A stretch of DNA of 64,000 nt from Octopus sinensis (GCF_006345805.1 NC_043000.1:29884001-29948000), one strand, 5' to 3'. Numbered from the stretch's first letter, positions 1 through 12,263 are shown. Numbers and translations are program-made. Notes: generated by a model not told the origin, from the letters alone.

Positions 1-59
1 CTCACTAGAAACGCATCTAAAGACCACTCTGGGGAAACTTGGGTTTCCTGATATGCAAG

Positions 60-145
60 GGACATACTTTACATTGTTCGCAGAGCATTGAGCATTAGTC
101 ATGATGTTGACAGTTTGATACCTGGGGCGAATCCTCTTGATTCAG
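60..145 (+). CDS. Candidate internal exon of an unidentified host gene ((R)DILYIVRRALSISHDVDSLIPGANPLDS(G))
   Basis: Open frame between a possible acceptor (cctgatatgcaag|, 58-59) and a good donor (CAG|gtaaag, 146). Non-repetitive sequence, but no homology recognised. Frame 2 (2-90, SLETHLKTTLGKLGFPD...) is also open, so the exon may begin upstream of the window with an indel. Confidence 0.3.
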
Positions 146-326
146 GTAAAGCTTTTCTAATATTAAGATGTCTTCCAGTCCTCTATTTCAGTTAACGTTT
201 TCTCAAAAACAACTTTAATCTTCTATGCTCTCCAATGCCGTTGACTGTACAAAAGTACATCAAGCTCTTTATAAAAAAATGGTAACTTTAAATAACATAA
301 AATTAAACCCGAACAAATGTGTGTAT

Positions 327-501
<175 letters not shown>

Positions 502-531
502 TACAGTGATAGAGAATAAGTAGCGAAAAGT

Positions 532-918
532 GTCAAGCTGGCAGAAACGTTAGCACACCGGGCGAAATGCTTAGTGATATTTCGTCTGCCGCTGCGTTCT
601 GAGTTCAAATTCTGCCGAAGTCGACTTTGCCTTTCATCCTTTCGGGGTCGATAAATTAAGTACCAGTTACGCACTGGAGTCGATCTGTTTGTCTGTCCTT
701 TTTTGACCTCTCTGTGTTTAGCCCCTTGTGGGTAGTAAAGAAATAGAAATAGGTATTTCGTCTGTCTTTACTTTCTGAGTTCAAAGTCCACCAAGGTCGA
801 CTTTGCTTTTCATCCTTTCGGGGTCGATAAATTAAGTACCAGTTGCGTACTGAGGTCGATTTAATCGACTGACCCCGTCCCCCAAAAATTTCGTGCTTTG
901 TGTCTGGTGTAGAAAAGA
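532..918 (+). mobile_element. tRNA-derived SINE family A, dimeric (head + 2 body units)
   Basis: Head gctggcagaaacgttagcacaccgggcgaaatgc. The body gtatttcgtctg...gagttcaaa...gtcgactttgcctttcatcctttcggggtcgataaattaagtaccag occurs twice (~577 and ~761). Its central block resembles the Deu/Nin SINE domain (recalled). Confidence 0.85.
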
Positions 919-921
919 AAA

Positions 922-1125
922 CAAGGAGTGAAAGAATCCAGGCAAATACCTCAGGTAGTACTCGATGTGAATAACCTGTCTAAGAGAACGTTGAACAGGG
1001 AAGACGGGAACACATAAAGGTTAAATCCACAGAACGATTCAATAGATTGAAGCCTGATGACCCTTTGACGTGGCAGGGTCTGTGAATTTGACCGGTTTGT
1101 ACCAAATCAAAGACGGTAATTTGAT
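922..1125 (+). mobile_element. Penelope-like element 3' remnant (GIY-YIG tail plus decayed hammerhead-like motif)
   Basis: 922-1017 reads QGVKESRQIPQVVLDVNNLSKRTLNREDGNT*, matching the KES..I...LNRxxG end of PLE GIY-YIG domains. It is followed by CTGATGA (1054-1060), a CCCT/AGGG stem and ACCGGT. Confidence 0.55.
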
Positions 1126-1217
1126 ATGTCACTTATCTACAATCTTCATCTATTGTATTGTCTGCAAGAAGAATTCTCGGTATTTATAATTCTCATGTTA
1201 TGCTTACCCTCCACACA

Positions 1218-1247
1218 CCGCCGCCGCCACCACCACCACCGCCGCCA

Positions 1248-1279
<32 letters not shown>

Positions 1280-1455
1280 ACCACCACCGCCACCACTACC
1301 ACCACCGCCGCCGCCACCACCACCACAACCGCCGCCGCCGCCGCCACCACCACCACCACTGCCACCACCACCGCCGCCGCCGCCGCCACCACCACCACCA
1401 CCACCACCACCACCACCACCACCACCACCACCACCACCGCCACCGCCACCGCCAC
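1218..1455. repeat. (CCA/CCG)n trinucleotide repeat
   Basis: Direct reading; gives the poly-Pro and poly-His ORFs. Confidence 0.95.
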
Positions 1456-1785
1456 TAGAGTATATGTTTGTTGCAAACTCTGAAAATCTACTGTAATGAT
1501 AACTTTGGGTTGTGACGAGAATGGTTGAAGGTTAACAGTTTCATTAATTAATTAATTAATTAATTAATTGATTTATTGATTAATTAAATGATTAATTATG
1601 CATTTGAACCAATGTGGAGCGATGAAACAGTTCCGCTGGCCACATGAAACGACCCTAATCTTGTATAAAGTTACATGACAAAACTATCTTATTGTAGTCT
1701 TATATAGCTATGTGTGTGCGTGTGTATGGTATGTGTGTGTGTGTGTGTGTTTAAAGGAAGTGCCTTTTTCTTTCGTTTCTCCACT

Positions 1786-1829
<44 letters not shown>

Positions 1830-2084
1830 TACATACATATATGTACATGCCTACATATATATATATATGTATATATGCTGCATATATGGGTACAGGACGT
1901 CAAAAAAATAAACGTGAACAACATGAAAAGCGAGGACATAAAAAACAACAATAACATGGAAAACGAACCTTTTTGTGTTTTTGAACAACGAAAGAAACAA
2001 ATAGAGAAACGAGACAAGCAACGCACAGAACAATTCCTTCATCAGTTGTCCTCTATTTATACCTACTCTGCGTTTCGAAAGTTT

Positions 2085-2086
<2 letters not shown>

Positions 2087-2127
<41 letters not shown>

Positions 2128-2184
2128 GTCTGTCTGTCTATCTATCTGTCTGTTTGCCTGTCTGTCTGTCTATCTATCTATCTG

Positions 2185-2255
<71 letters not shown>

Positions 2256-2284
2256 CTCTATCTATCTATCTATCTATCTATCTA
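2087..2284. repeat. (TC)n + (TCTA/TCTG)n microsatellite
   Basis: Direct reading. Confidence 0.95.
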
Positions 2285-2285
2285 T

Positions 2286-3432
2286 AGTGTCGCGTTGCTC
2301 TCAAGCAACTCTGCCGTCCTGGGTCGACCTTGAGTGACTTCAACACAACCAAAGCATTCTATAGGGGATTAGTGGAGGGGAGGTACGACGACGAGCTCGG
2401 GGCGAACCTGGACGTCGACGAGCAGTACCTGACCCGCCTGTTCAGGACGACTTTCGGGCCAGGGCCCATAGACGACTTCCAGAGATCCCTGGCCTGGCAG
2501 TGTTACCGAGAAGCGCTACCCGTTCGGGATAAGCTCTACAGACACGGCTCGAGAAACACGGGGCCGACCTGCCCGAGATGCGGTCAGAGCGACGAAACCG
2601 TTCTGCACGAACTCGTGCAGTGTCCAACAATTTCCGACCTGTGGGCTTGTGTCGAACAACTGCTGTCACGTGTGGGACGAGTCAGTTTATCAGCTGAGTC
2701 TATCGTCAATATTGTCACCCCTCCTTCCTTCAAACGGGAAGGAAGAGCTATTTTCATCATCCTTGTGGCTATGGCGAAAGAATGTATCTGGTGGACGCGT
2801 CTGAAAGGATTGGAGACAAACACTTTCCTCTCTGATCAATCTCTCATCAACTTCTTCAAGTACCACTTGAAAAGGAAAGTGAGAGTAGAGAGGCAAGTTT
2901 TGTCTAGCGAATGTTTTAAAAAAAGATGGGTGAATGTAGCAAGGATGGCACGTATGAATGACGAAGCCACCTTGTGCATAATCCTATGAACCCAGAAATT
3001 GAAAACAGAGGGTTACCCACTTGCAAACAAATGTGGTAACATATAACAATATTGACCAAGGTTACCGTGGTCTTTTTCGTAGGCTTTTCTTCCCACGGAT
3101 AAACCTTACTTGCTTTCCCCTTTACACCATATATCATAACACTGTGATACACGATCCCTATTGATCGTTCCTTTTTTTTCCTCTTCCCCTTTTTTTTCCC
3201 CTTTTTCTTATTTTTTCATTTCTCTTTTCTTTTGTTCCTTTCCCTTCTTTTTTCTTTTATTCTTTTTATTTTTTTTGTTCTTTTTTTATTTTTTTTTTGT
3301 TCTTTTCTTCCCTTTTACGATCTCTCTTGATCGAAAACCTACGCCACCCCCTTTTTTTTCATCCCCCAAAAGAAAAGCTCTACCTTGTAACTTGTCCCAT
3401 CTGTGTGCAGCCCTGTGTGGCCAATAAAGAAA
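2286..3432 (+). mobile_element. 5'-truncated L1/Tx1-clade LINE (ORF2 C-terminus + 3' UTR)
   Basis: Frame open 2288-2989 with a zf-RVT-type segment LAWQCYREALPVRDKLYRHG...CPRCGQSDETVLHELVQC and a KECIWWTR motif. T-rich 3' UTR and AATAAA at 3423-3428. (TCTA)n on both sides. Confidence 0.85.
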
Positions 3433-3464
3433 CTTATCTATCTATCTATCTATCTATCTAAAGT

Positions 3465-3655
3465 TAATCCAAACAAGAAAACAAAAAGACAACAACGCGA
3501 GGATGTGGAACAATTAAAGTATTATTGGGCGCTCAGGAAAAAAGGGGAGAAGGAGGGTATGACGTTTCGAGCGGAGCTCTTCGTCGGAAACATAGGAGAA
3601 AGAAAGATCCCGAGGGAAAAAAAAATGCAAGTGGTCTTCACGAGGTCAACATACT
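3465..3655 (-). mobile_element. Short non-coding Penelope-type/retrozyme-like element carrying a hammerhead-like motif
   Basis: Homologous to 7565-7780 and 45835-46045 (shared acaacaacgcgagga...taaagtatta...gtttcgagc..gctcttc block). Flanked by (TCTA)n. Confidence 0.65.
3557..3591 (-). ncRNA. Minimal type-I hammerhead-like motif, variant core CCGACGA
   Basis: Minus strand GUUU-CCGACGA-A-GAGC(UCC)GCUC-GAAA-C-GUC^AUAC: helix II 4 bp, palindromic ACGU helix III, helix I 3 of 4 pairs. Confidence 0.55.
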
Positions 3656-3657
3656 GC

Positions 3658-3659
3658 TC

Positions 3660-3740
<81 letters not shown>

Positions 3741-3749
3741 TTATCTATC

Positions 3750-3797
<48 letters not shown>

Positions 3798-3816
3798 CTC
3801 TATCTCTCTATCTATA

Positions 3817-3886
<70 letters not shown>
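3658..3886. repeat. (TCTA)n microsatellite
   Basis: Direct reading. Confidence 0.97.
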
Positions 3887-4171
3887 CACAGACACACACA
3901 CTCACACACTCTAAAACAATAAATCTAAAAGCCTACAACAGTAACTACTAAACTCTTATCTTCATATTGTCAGTTGTCTGTCACACTAACACACTAATCC
4001 GATACACATATAATTAGCATTTAACTTCAAACATCATATTCACCATCCAAATTAAAGTTACAATTATACTATAATATCCTAAGTCGAAATATAATTGCTG
4101 ACTGAAGTGAGAAATAGCTATTTGTCAGATAAATTTGTCATAATCTAATGATTATTTCCGTTGGTTTTCAG

Positions 4172-4197
4172 CCACAAATGTTGATTGGGAAAAATAA
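4172..4197 (+). CDS. Candidate short terminal exon (phase 1: A-TNVDWEK*)
   Basis: Strong acceptor (branch-like CTAAT at 4145, ttattttccgttggttttcag|). Phase-compatible with exon 60-145. No homology evidence. Confidence 0.2.
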
Positions 4198-4539
4198 ACT
4201 AAAAATGTAAATGGCTCTCCGTCAATTTCGACGTTGTCGATTCAGTTGTGGAATAATTAAATTTGCCGATAAGTGGCCGAGTATTCCACAGGTACCTGTA
4301 ACCTTAGTGTAAACCGCTAGGCAGAATCAGCCTGACTCTGACAAGTTTGGATCTTTGAATTACTGTCAGTCCGACGGGATTTCGAACATTTTCCGCCCAT
4401 TCAGTTTTTGCCAGCTCGCCGCCTTCGAAAGGTTTAATTCATTATTACTTGAGGAATATTATTTGTGTGCTACTTTTAGCCGACAGAAGTTCCTGTTTCA
4501 CATGGTACCCTTAATTTACGAGGTGTAATATTGAATGAA

Positions 4540-4715
4540 TCACAGAATGGAAGATAAAATCGGTCCTAGTAGAATTGAACGCGGGACATTGAAGAAAGGT
4601 GATTTAATATCACCTGATATTTTGTCCGCCGCTCTACCGTTTCTGCTTTGCAAATTAGGGATTTCTATGTTAGGCACAAGAGATCGAGTTTTATTGCAAA
4701 GACAGAGCAGGGCTT
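4540..4715 (+). mobile_element. Decayed RTE-type reverse transcriptase fragment
   Basis: IERGTLKKGDLISPDILSAAL resembles the RGVRQGDxISPxLF RT motif. Confidence 0.5.
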
Positions 4716-4744
4716 AATGGAATCAATTCATTTTATCTTTTCTT

Positions 4745-5021
4745 TTACTTGTTTCGGTAATTAGACTGCGGCCATGTTGGGGCACTATTTTGAAGAACTT
4801 TTAGTTGAATGAATCGGATTCAGTTCTTCTTAAGCCTGATACTTATTCTTTCGCTCTCTTTTATCGAACCGCTTGGTTACGAGGACGTAAACAAACCAAC
4901 ACCGGTTATCAAGCGGTGCTGGCGGACAAACACACACACATACATACATACATACATAATGTTACTATAAACTACTCTCTTAGCCGATCGAGTGCTTTTC
5001 TACCTGAAGCCTTATCACATG

Positions 5022-5056
<35 letters not shown>

Positions 5057-5215
5057 TACGACGGGCTTCTTTCAGTTTCCATCTATCAAATCACAAGGCT
5101 TTGGTCGGCTCGAGGCTATAGTAAAATGTAGTTTCCAAGGTATCAAGCAGTGGGATTGAACCAGGAACTATAATGTTGGGAAAAAGACCTCTCACTACAC
5201 AGCCAAGCCTAATTA
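4745..5215 (-). mobile_element. tRNA-derived SINE family B (internal AT/AC microsatellite)
   Basis: Matches the best copies at 31519-31936: gactgcggccatg...aaacaccaac...acgacgggcttctttcagtttcc...acaaggctttggtcggc... Confidence 0.8.
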
Positions 5216-5446
5216 CTTTCTTGATGCTGGAGAGATTAGCGATAAATTTCAAGAACGATACTGGTGATATTCCAACTTAACATTCTTAACGAAATTAAAT
5301 TAAAACCACTGAACCAGTTTTTTAGGTTTTGAGATATTTCCACGATTATTTTTGCAGTTGTTTTTTTTCTGGTTTATCACGTTTCTTCTGATCGTCCAAT
5401 GTTGACGAGAGGGAGAAAAACGATGTGTTCAAATGTTCAAAATGGA

Positions 5447-5830
<384 letters not shown>

Positions 5831-6159
5831 TTGCGACTCACTTGCAGTGATTCACTAAATGGATTCATTGAGGATGTGGTGTCATTAAACCGTTGCTATC
5901 TTTTCCATATCAGCTCACGCTGTGACACACCCATGATGTGTTTTACAAATAATATACAAAACCACAACTTTGATTCCTGGTTGAAAACATTTCATATAAC
6001 CTTTATGATAAATATGCATGTGCAAGGGATGAACATCACAAAATATCCCCCATTTTAAAACTGAAATCCTTATCGTGCCATAGATTACATTGTAGCATTT
6101 TCCTTACAGCATGTTGGTATCCAACTAAACCATGCTACCATGTTGTTTCGCTTCCCTAT

Positions 6160-6784
6160 TGACGTCAGCTCACTTTTACTTAACCATGTTAACAATTTAC
6201 ATTACGTGATCTTTCCTTTAGTTTCCCTTCAAAGAGCAGCTGAGAACCTAAACTCCGCTTTCCAATTAGTCTCTCCCCATTATTTACTGACACGCAAATT
6301 TTAAACTGTGTACAGCGATAATACAATAACAAACAACGTATGCATATGTATCGGTTATTCTCTCTGTAATCCGATAAACCGAACTTTTTCTTAGTCATGA
6401 TTTTCTCAGTTGGAAGTTTCGTATACTTTTTAAAATACATAATAAAGAAATGTGTGGTTAGCGTGTACTGTAAAAGGGTAAGATAAATGTACAATACAGT
6501 TTCAAAGTCAATCGCAGCCATTTAAATATACTATTGCTACTAGTATATTCGGGGAAGAACACATACGATACAGCGAGTTATTTCGTTTAATATGGCGGAT
6601 AAAAGTGTAACTTTGTGTTTTGTAGAAAGAACATAACACTGCAGATTAAAAGCGAAATATTTCTATAACAAAGTTTTCTGCAATCGTATTTCCATTTAAG
6701 ACTAAATTCTATTCGTTTAAGCTTCTTTGCTAATACCGCTGTAAGAAGTATGACGTCACTGTTCTCCATCCTCCTACGCGAAAA
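6160..6784. promoter_or_regulatory. Possible promoter/enhancer-like island
   Basis: Repeat-free ~1 kb stretch with two full CRE palindromes TGACGTCA (6160-6167, 6751-6758), YY1-like ATGGCGG (6592-6598) and E2F-like CGCGAAAA (6777-6784). Motif occurrence only. Confidence 0.25.
6410..6477 (+). CDS. Candidate internal exon (x-GSFVYFLKYIIKKCVVSVYCKR)
   Basis: Acceptor ttttctcag| and donor AGG|gtaaga. One open frame, phase 1 to 0. Confidence 0.25.
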
Positions 6785-7374
6785 TAAAAATGGTCTTTGA
6801 ACTTCGTCAAATAAGGAATAAGACGTTTGTGCGAATCTCTTGAGGGCCGATTTCGATTCTATTCTGATTGCATTTCATCTCAGTCTCGATGCTAATGTCT
6901 CTGGGAAAATTGTGATTATCTCAATTTATTTTCCAATCTTACCTAAAATGTTTGCAAACTGAATGGAAACGAAAAGTAACGAGAAAGCTACCTATCTTTT
7001 TGTCTGTGGTTGCGTGGTATGAAATTTGCTTTCTGCGTTCAATCCCATTGCGTGGCACTTTGGGTGGATGTCTTTCACTATAATCTCAGGGCAACTAAAG
7101 CCTTGTGAGTGGATTTGGTAGATGGAAACTGAAAGAAGCCCGTCGTAGATACACACACAGACGCGCACACACACATATATATACAAAATTTGAGGAAGCA
7201 ATACTCACGTAAAGGATTGTTATAAGTCGGTTCCTTTATACTCTTATAAGTATATTTTTTAATTTGCAATACCTTTCCAGTTGTAATACAAATATAACAA
7301 GCCAAGCATCATTTTCATTTTTGGTTTCCGTTTTCTTTTATTATCATTTTAATTGTACATATACTGTTGGAACT

Positions 7375-7563
7375 TACAAAAAGCAAGCAAAACAAAAGAC
7401 GGAGACAGGTGTGAAAATAGCAAACAGATGTATTAGTTTTAGGCTCGGGAAATGAGAAATTCTTTTATGTTTCGAGCCTACGCTCTTCAACAGAAATGAA
7501 CACGAGGAAATAAACAGAGAAAATAAAAAATGGTTTTGTAGCTAGCGACCAATCACGGCGAAT
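7375..7563 (-). mobile_element. Short non-coding Penelope-type element (same family as 25530-25710)
   Basis: Shares aaacagatgtattagttt...gctcggga...gtttcgagcct..ctcttc.acagaaa...gctagcga with 25530-25710. Hammerhead-like motif at 7462-7497 on the minus strand (CUGUUGA core, cleavage triplet decayed to AUA). Confidence 0.7.
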
Positions 7564-7564
7564 G

Positions 7565-7780
7565 ATGTAACTACATGTGGATCGTTGGCGATTTTTTCCT
7601 CCGTTTTCTTTTTCTCTTGGACTTTCCTCTATCTCCTGTTTCTGATGAAGAGCTTTGCTCGAAACGTAAGAACTACCTTTCATTCCTTCCCTGAGCCTCT
7701 GCTAATACTTTGCATGTACCACATCCTCACGTTGTTGTTCTTTTCTTGTATTTTTTCCCGTTTTTCTTTGGCTTAATCAT
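7565..7780 (+). mobile_element. Short non-coding Penelope-type element (family of 3465-3655 and 45835-46045)
   Basis: Reverse-complement homology to 45835-46045. Contains the motif below. Abuts (TA)n. Confidence 0.7.
7637..7673 (+). ncRNA. Minimal type-I hammerhead ribozyme motif with intact core
   Basis: UGUUU-CUGAUGA(7642-7648)-A-GAGC(UUU)GCUC-GAAA(7661-7664)-C-GUA^AGAAC. All core residues present, palindromic ACGU helix III. Helix I is only ~3 bp in this copy. Confidence 0.65.
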
Positions 7781-7784
7781 ATAT

Positions 7785-7960
<176 letters not shown>

Positions 7961-8542
7961 GTGTGTGTTTGTCCCCGCCGATGTTTGCTTTGTTTTCATA
8001 CCCGCACTCTAGTGGTTCGGCAAATATATCCTATAGAATAAGTGCCAGGCTAAAAAAAAGTACTCTGGCCGATTTGTTGGGCTAAAATATTTACAAGGCA
8101 CTGCCCCAGGATGGCCGCCGTCAAAGGACTAAAACACGCGAAATCTATACAATAACACGATCTCCAAGGCGCTACATAGTAGGGCTGAGTCTGGAACCAC
8201 GTGGTTAGGAAACAAACTTTTTACCACCGAGCCACGCCTGCGCCTATATATAAGTCTAATCCCAAAACGAAGACAACGTTATTTGATATTAATAGATCTG
8301 GCATACAATGGTTTCGAATTAGAAGAGCGGGAATATTATAAATTAATTGTATAAGCAGTGCACGAGCACCAATACTAATAATAACAATAATAAGTGTTCG
8401 ATTTCGAAGAGTCTGTTCACCTTCTTTTAATATAAATTTATAATTAACAGATCCTATTTTGGGTGGTTCCATTCTGATTAGCGTTACATCAGTTCTTTGT
8501 TTAACTGCGCCCCGTCGGATTCCGGCTCTCTTTCTTTCTTTC

Positions 8543-8574
<32 letters not shown>

Positions 8575-8779
8575 TTGTTTTGTTTTGTTTTGTTTTGTAA
8601 TCATTTAAAATGCTTTCTTTCTTTTCTTTTTGTTCTTTGTTTTCTTTTTGTGTTGTTTTTCTGCTCGAAATGAACAAATATTTTTGCTTTTCATCGGCGT
8701 TCGTTCTTAATCATTCATTGCGCTCTCTATGAATCACTTTTTCATTCACAACACACATTCACTATATAATTACTACTGA

Positions 8780-8784
8780 TGCCT

Positions 8785-8827
<43 letters not shown>

Positions 8828-9456
8828 GACTACTACTACTACTAGAACTACTACGGCTTCTACGACCCCACCACAACTACTACCACTACCACTACAACTG
8901 CGACTACTACTACCTACAAAGCAAATACCACCAGCACTACTACCACTACCAACGCAGCCGCCGCCACCATCCCAGCTCTACTATTACTACTACTACTACT
9001 ACTACAATCTCTATCACCACCCCTTCCACTAACACTATTACCTGTACTATTACTACCACTAACTCCACCACCACCGCCACCGCAGGTTTACTACTACTAC
9101 TACCACCACCACCACTACTACTACTACCACTACTACTACTACCACCACGACCTTCACCGCCACTCACCACCACTACTACTACTACCACTACTACTGCTAC
9201 TACCACTACTACTACAACCAACCTCCCTACTACTACTACTATTACTACTACTACTACCACCACCATACCTACTAGTACTACCACTACCCCTACTACCACC
9301 ACCACCACCACCACCACCACTACTACTACTATTACTACTACTACTACCACCACCATACCTACTAGTACTACCACTACCCCTACTACCACCACCACCACCA
9401 CCACCACCACCACTACTACTACTACTACTACCACTACCACCACCACTACTACGACA

Positions 9457-9493
<37 letters not shown>

Positions 9494-9495
9494 TT
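8780..9495. repeat. Compound (CTA/CAC)n trinucleotide array
   Basis: Direct reading. Includes an internal duplication (accaccaccatacctactagtactaccactacccc twice). Source of the 253-aa poly-L/T ORF. Confidence 0.95.
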
Positions 9496-9954
9496 GTTCT
9501 TGGCTCTCAGTTCAAATGCCATTCGGAAGCCTTAGTGTGAGAGAGAAACGGAGCAGCGTCACTGACCCCTTTTTGTCAGGGCCATTAAGACTGGTGAAAG
9601 GAAAGCATGAAGGAAGTCATGATGCGACCATGGAGCGGCGGAATCCCAGCTTCAACAACAAAATTGTGGTTCCAATAAACAGAGACGAATATATCAAATA
9701 CCGTACAACATAAACTGTCTGTTTGTCTTTTATCATATACTTGCCTCAGTTGCTAGACTGTAGCCATGCTGGGGCATCACCTCGAAGAACTTTTAATCGA
9801 ATGAATCGACCGCAGTATTTGTTTCTCTTTTAAGCCTGCTTCTAATTCGGTCAGTCTATTTTGCCGTACTGCTGACCTATGGGGACATAAACACACCAAC
9901 AGTGGTTGTCATGCGGTGGTGGAGAAACAAAGACAAAACACACACACACACACA

Positions 9955-9986
<32 letters not shown>

Positions 9987-10420
9987 TTAGATAGTGGGTA
10001 GCGATTTTCTTCACTACTACAAGGAGTGATGACCCTGCCTGACATGAGTCCCGGGTTCAGCTGGCTCCAGCTGACAGCACCCGGTATGGGCCCCTATCCA
10101 TGGTTACGGAAAGGAGACAACCTTCAAAGAAATCCGGAGTGGAGCTCCGTAGGCGGTTTAGTGTTCGACTCGACACTTTCCGGCAGCTCCTGCAACCAAG
10201 GTGGTGCCAAACGTAATGCTCTGCACTCCTTTGGACTACATCAGCAAGGTCGAGAGAGAGAGAGAGATCCTGACGATTGGACTACCCAGGATTTTCTTAC
10301 ATCTAGCCCAGGCCTGCACAAACCTGGAGGGGAAACTAGAGAGGACATGAAATGTAAAAACCAGACTGGATTAGTTTATGCGCAACTCCATTGTCTCCCG
10401 AGACAAAAGGATGCCAACTT

Positions 10421-10492
<72 letters not shown>

Positions 10493-11125
10493 GACGGGCT
10501 TCTTTCATTTCCGTCTACCATATCCACTTACAGGGCTTTGGTTTACCCCAGGCTATAATAGAAGACACTTTCCCTGAGATGACAGGCCATTAAGGAAGAG
10601 GAATGATGTATTGCCTGGAGATAAAAGAACAGTCATGGATGAGTGTCCATCAGTCCACATAATGATGGTAAACCGAACAACGAATTGAGGCTACTATCAA
10701 GGACCAGGAACGATCACTTCAGACTGGCTTCCACACAGTTTCCGTTTGCTAAATTTCACACACAAGACCTTGATGGACCTGAGGCTTTGCTAGCAGAAAC
10801 GTATTTCATAGGTGCTCTACGCTGGAACCGGACCGAAAACCGCTTAGTTGCGGACTGAATATATCTAGTATAAACCAACCAAGCCATACCTGAAGCATAT
10901 AGCTCATCTGCTTTTATTTTTATTTGATGCAATGGCATAGGTATGGCTGTGTGGTTAAAGAGCCTGCTTTACGGCTTTACGCATGGGTGGCTATGTGGTA
11001 AGAAGCTTGCTTCTCAATCTCACGGTTCCGTGTTCAGTGCTACTGAATGGCAATTCAGCAAGCGTCCTCTACTATGGCCTCGAGAGACTTTTGAGTGGAC
11101 TTGCTGGACGGAAGTTGGAGGTCTG

Positions 11126-11179
<54 letters not shown>

Positions 11180-11385
11180 TATATATTATATATATGTATG
11201 TATGTATATATTTGCATGTGTAAAGTAACAGTTTAAAAAAAAAACATAACTGTTTTTTTCTTTTAAAACACAAGAACGCCGGTGATAGTTCAAGAAATAT
11301 TTCTCTTCAAAAATTATGGCCGGGCAAGTTGTCTTCCTTCGCTTGATAGCTAGTTTTTCCAATTTTGAAGTAGAAATTTTTGAAA

Positions 11386-11453
<68 letters not shown>

Positions 11454-12155
11454 TATATGTGTGTGTGTGTTTGTGTTTCTGTGTTTGTACCCGCTCCACC
11501 GCTTGACAAACGCTGTTGGTGTTTACATCCACGTAACTTGGCGGAGTAAGTACCAGGCTTTAAACAAAATACTGGAGTCGATTCATTTGACTAAAATTTC
11601 TCAAGTTGCTGTCCCAGTATGGCCGCAACCTAATGACTGAAAAGGTAAAAGATAAGAGATAGACCGTGACATGTGGTGCATTCAGTAGGATCCCATCTGT
11701 TACAGCCATCAAGGACCAGATCCCCCGTTCGAGGTTACTTCATGTCCTCCCTCAGTCTCGGTGGCCATGCGCATTGGCTGCTTTTTCCTCTTGTCGCTAA
11801 ACCATTAATGAGAACCAAGTATAGACGAACTTCCGATTAACTGGTTCTGCTGTCTTACTTTGATTTCGATTTCCTGTCGTCTTTAACAAGTTCATATATC
11901 AATATCTTCTAATTAAGACTGAGGTAATATTATGTTTGATGTAACACTCGTGATTAAATTAATTTAATCATTAATTTGAACATTAATATCAACCATTGTT
12001 AGATTCTATTTGATCATTCTTTTCTATTTCTCTAAATTATACTTTTGAAATGTCTATAATTATTATTTGTCTGCAAGCTAATTTTGCTTTTATGAAAAAT
12101 TAAGAAAATACAAATTTGATTGTTTTTATTTTTCATTTTTATGTTTATTTCACAG

Positions 12156-12263
12156 GACAAATGGCAGCACCCTTGGGCATTTAGTAGGATTTCTGAGACG
12201 GTAAAAGGGTGGAAGTGGTGGTATAATTTTGGTATTTTGAAATCAGAATCATGGCCTGAATGA
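12156..12263 (+). CDS. Candidate Trp-rich exon (DKWQHPWAFSRISETVKGWKWWYNFGILKSESWPE*)
   Basis: Strong acceptor ttttatgtttatttcacag|. GC-richer island with 6 TGG codons in 35. Possible internal donor ACG|gtaaaa at 12201. Protein not recognised. Confidence 0.35.
   Translation, partial: DKWQHPWAFSRISETVKGWKWWYNFGILKSESWPE

Noticed and set aside
49-51. In-frame TGA as selenocysteine (also 12261-12263)
   Set aside because: No SECIS recognised and no selenoprotein homology.
1158-1496. Poly-proline ORF resembling a formin FH1 region
   Set aside because: Pure CCA/CCG repeat open in several frames, with no flanking domain or convincing splice context.
10020-10420. Possible RTE 5' UTR with an HDV-like ribozyme
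   Set aside because: GC-richer repeat-like sequence, but I could not build the nested double pseudoknot by eye.
12200-12260. Similarity of the Trp-rich peptide to TSPO or chromodomains
   Set aside because: Only scattered W/K/S matches; flanking residues do not fit.
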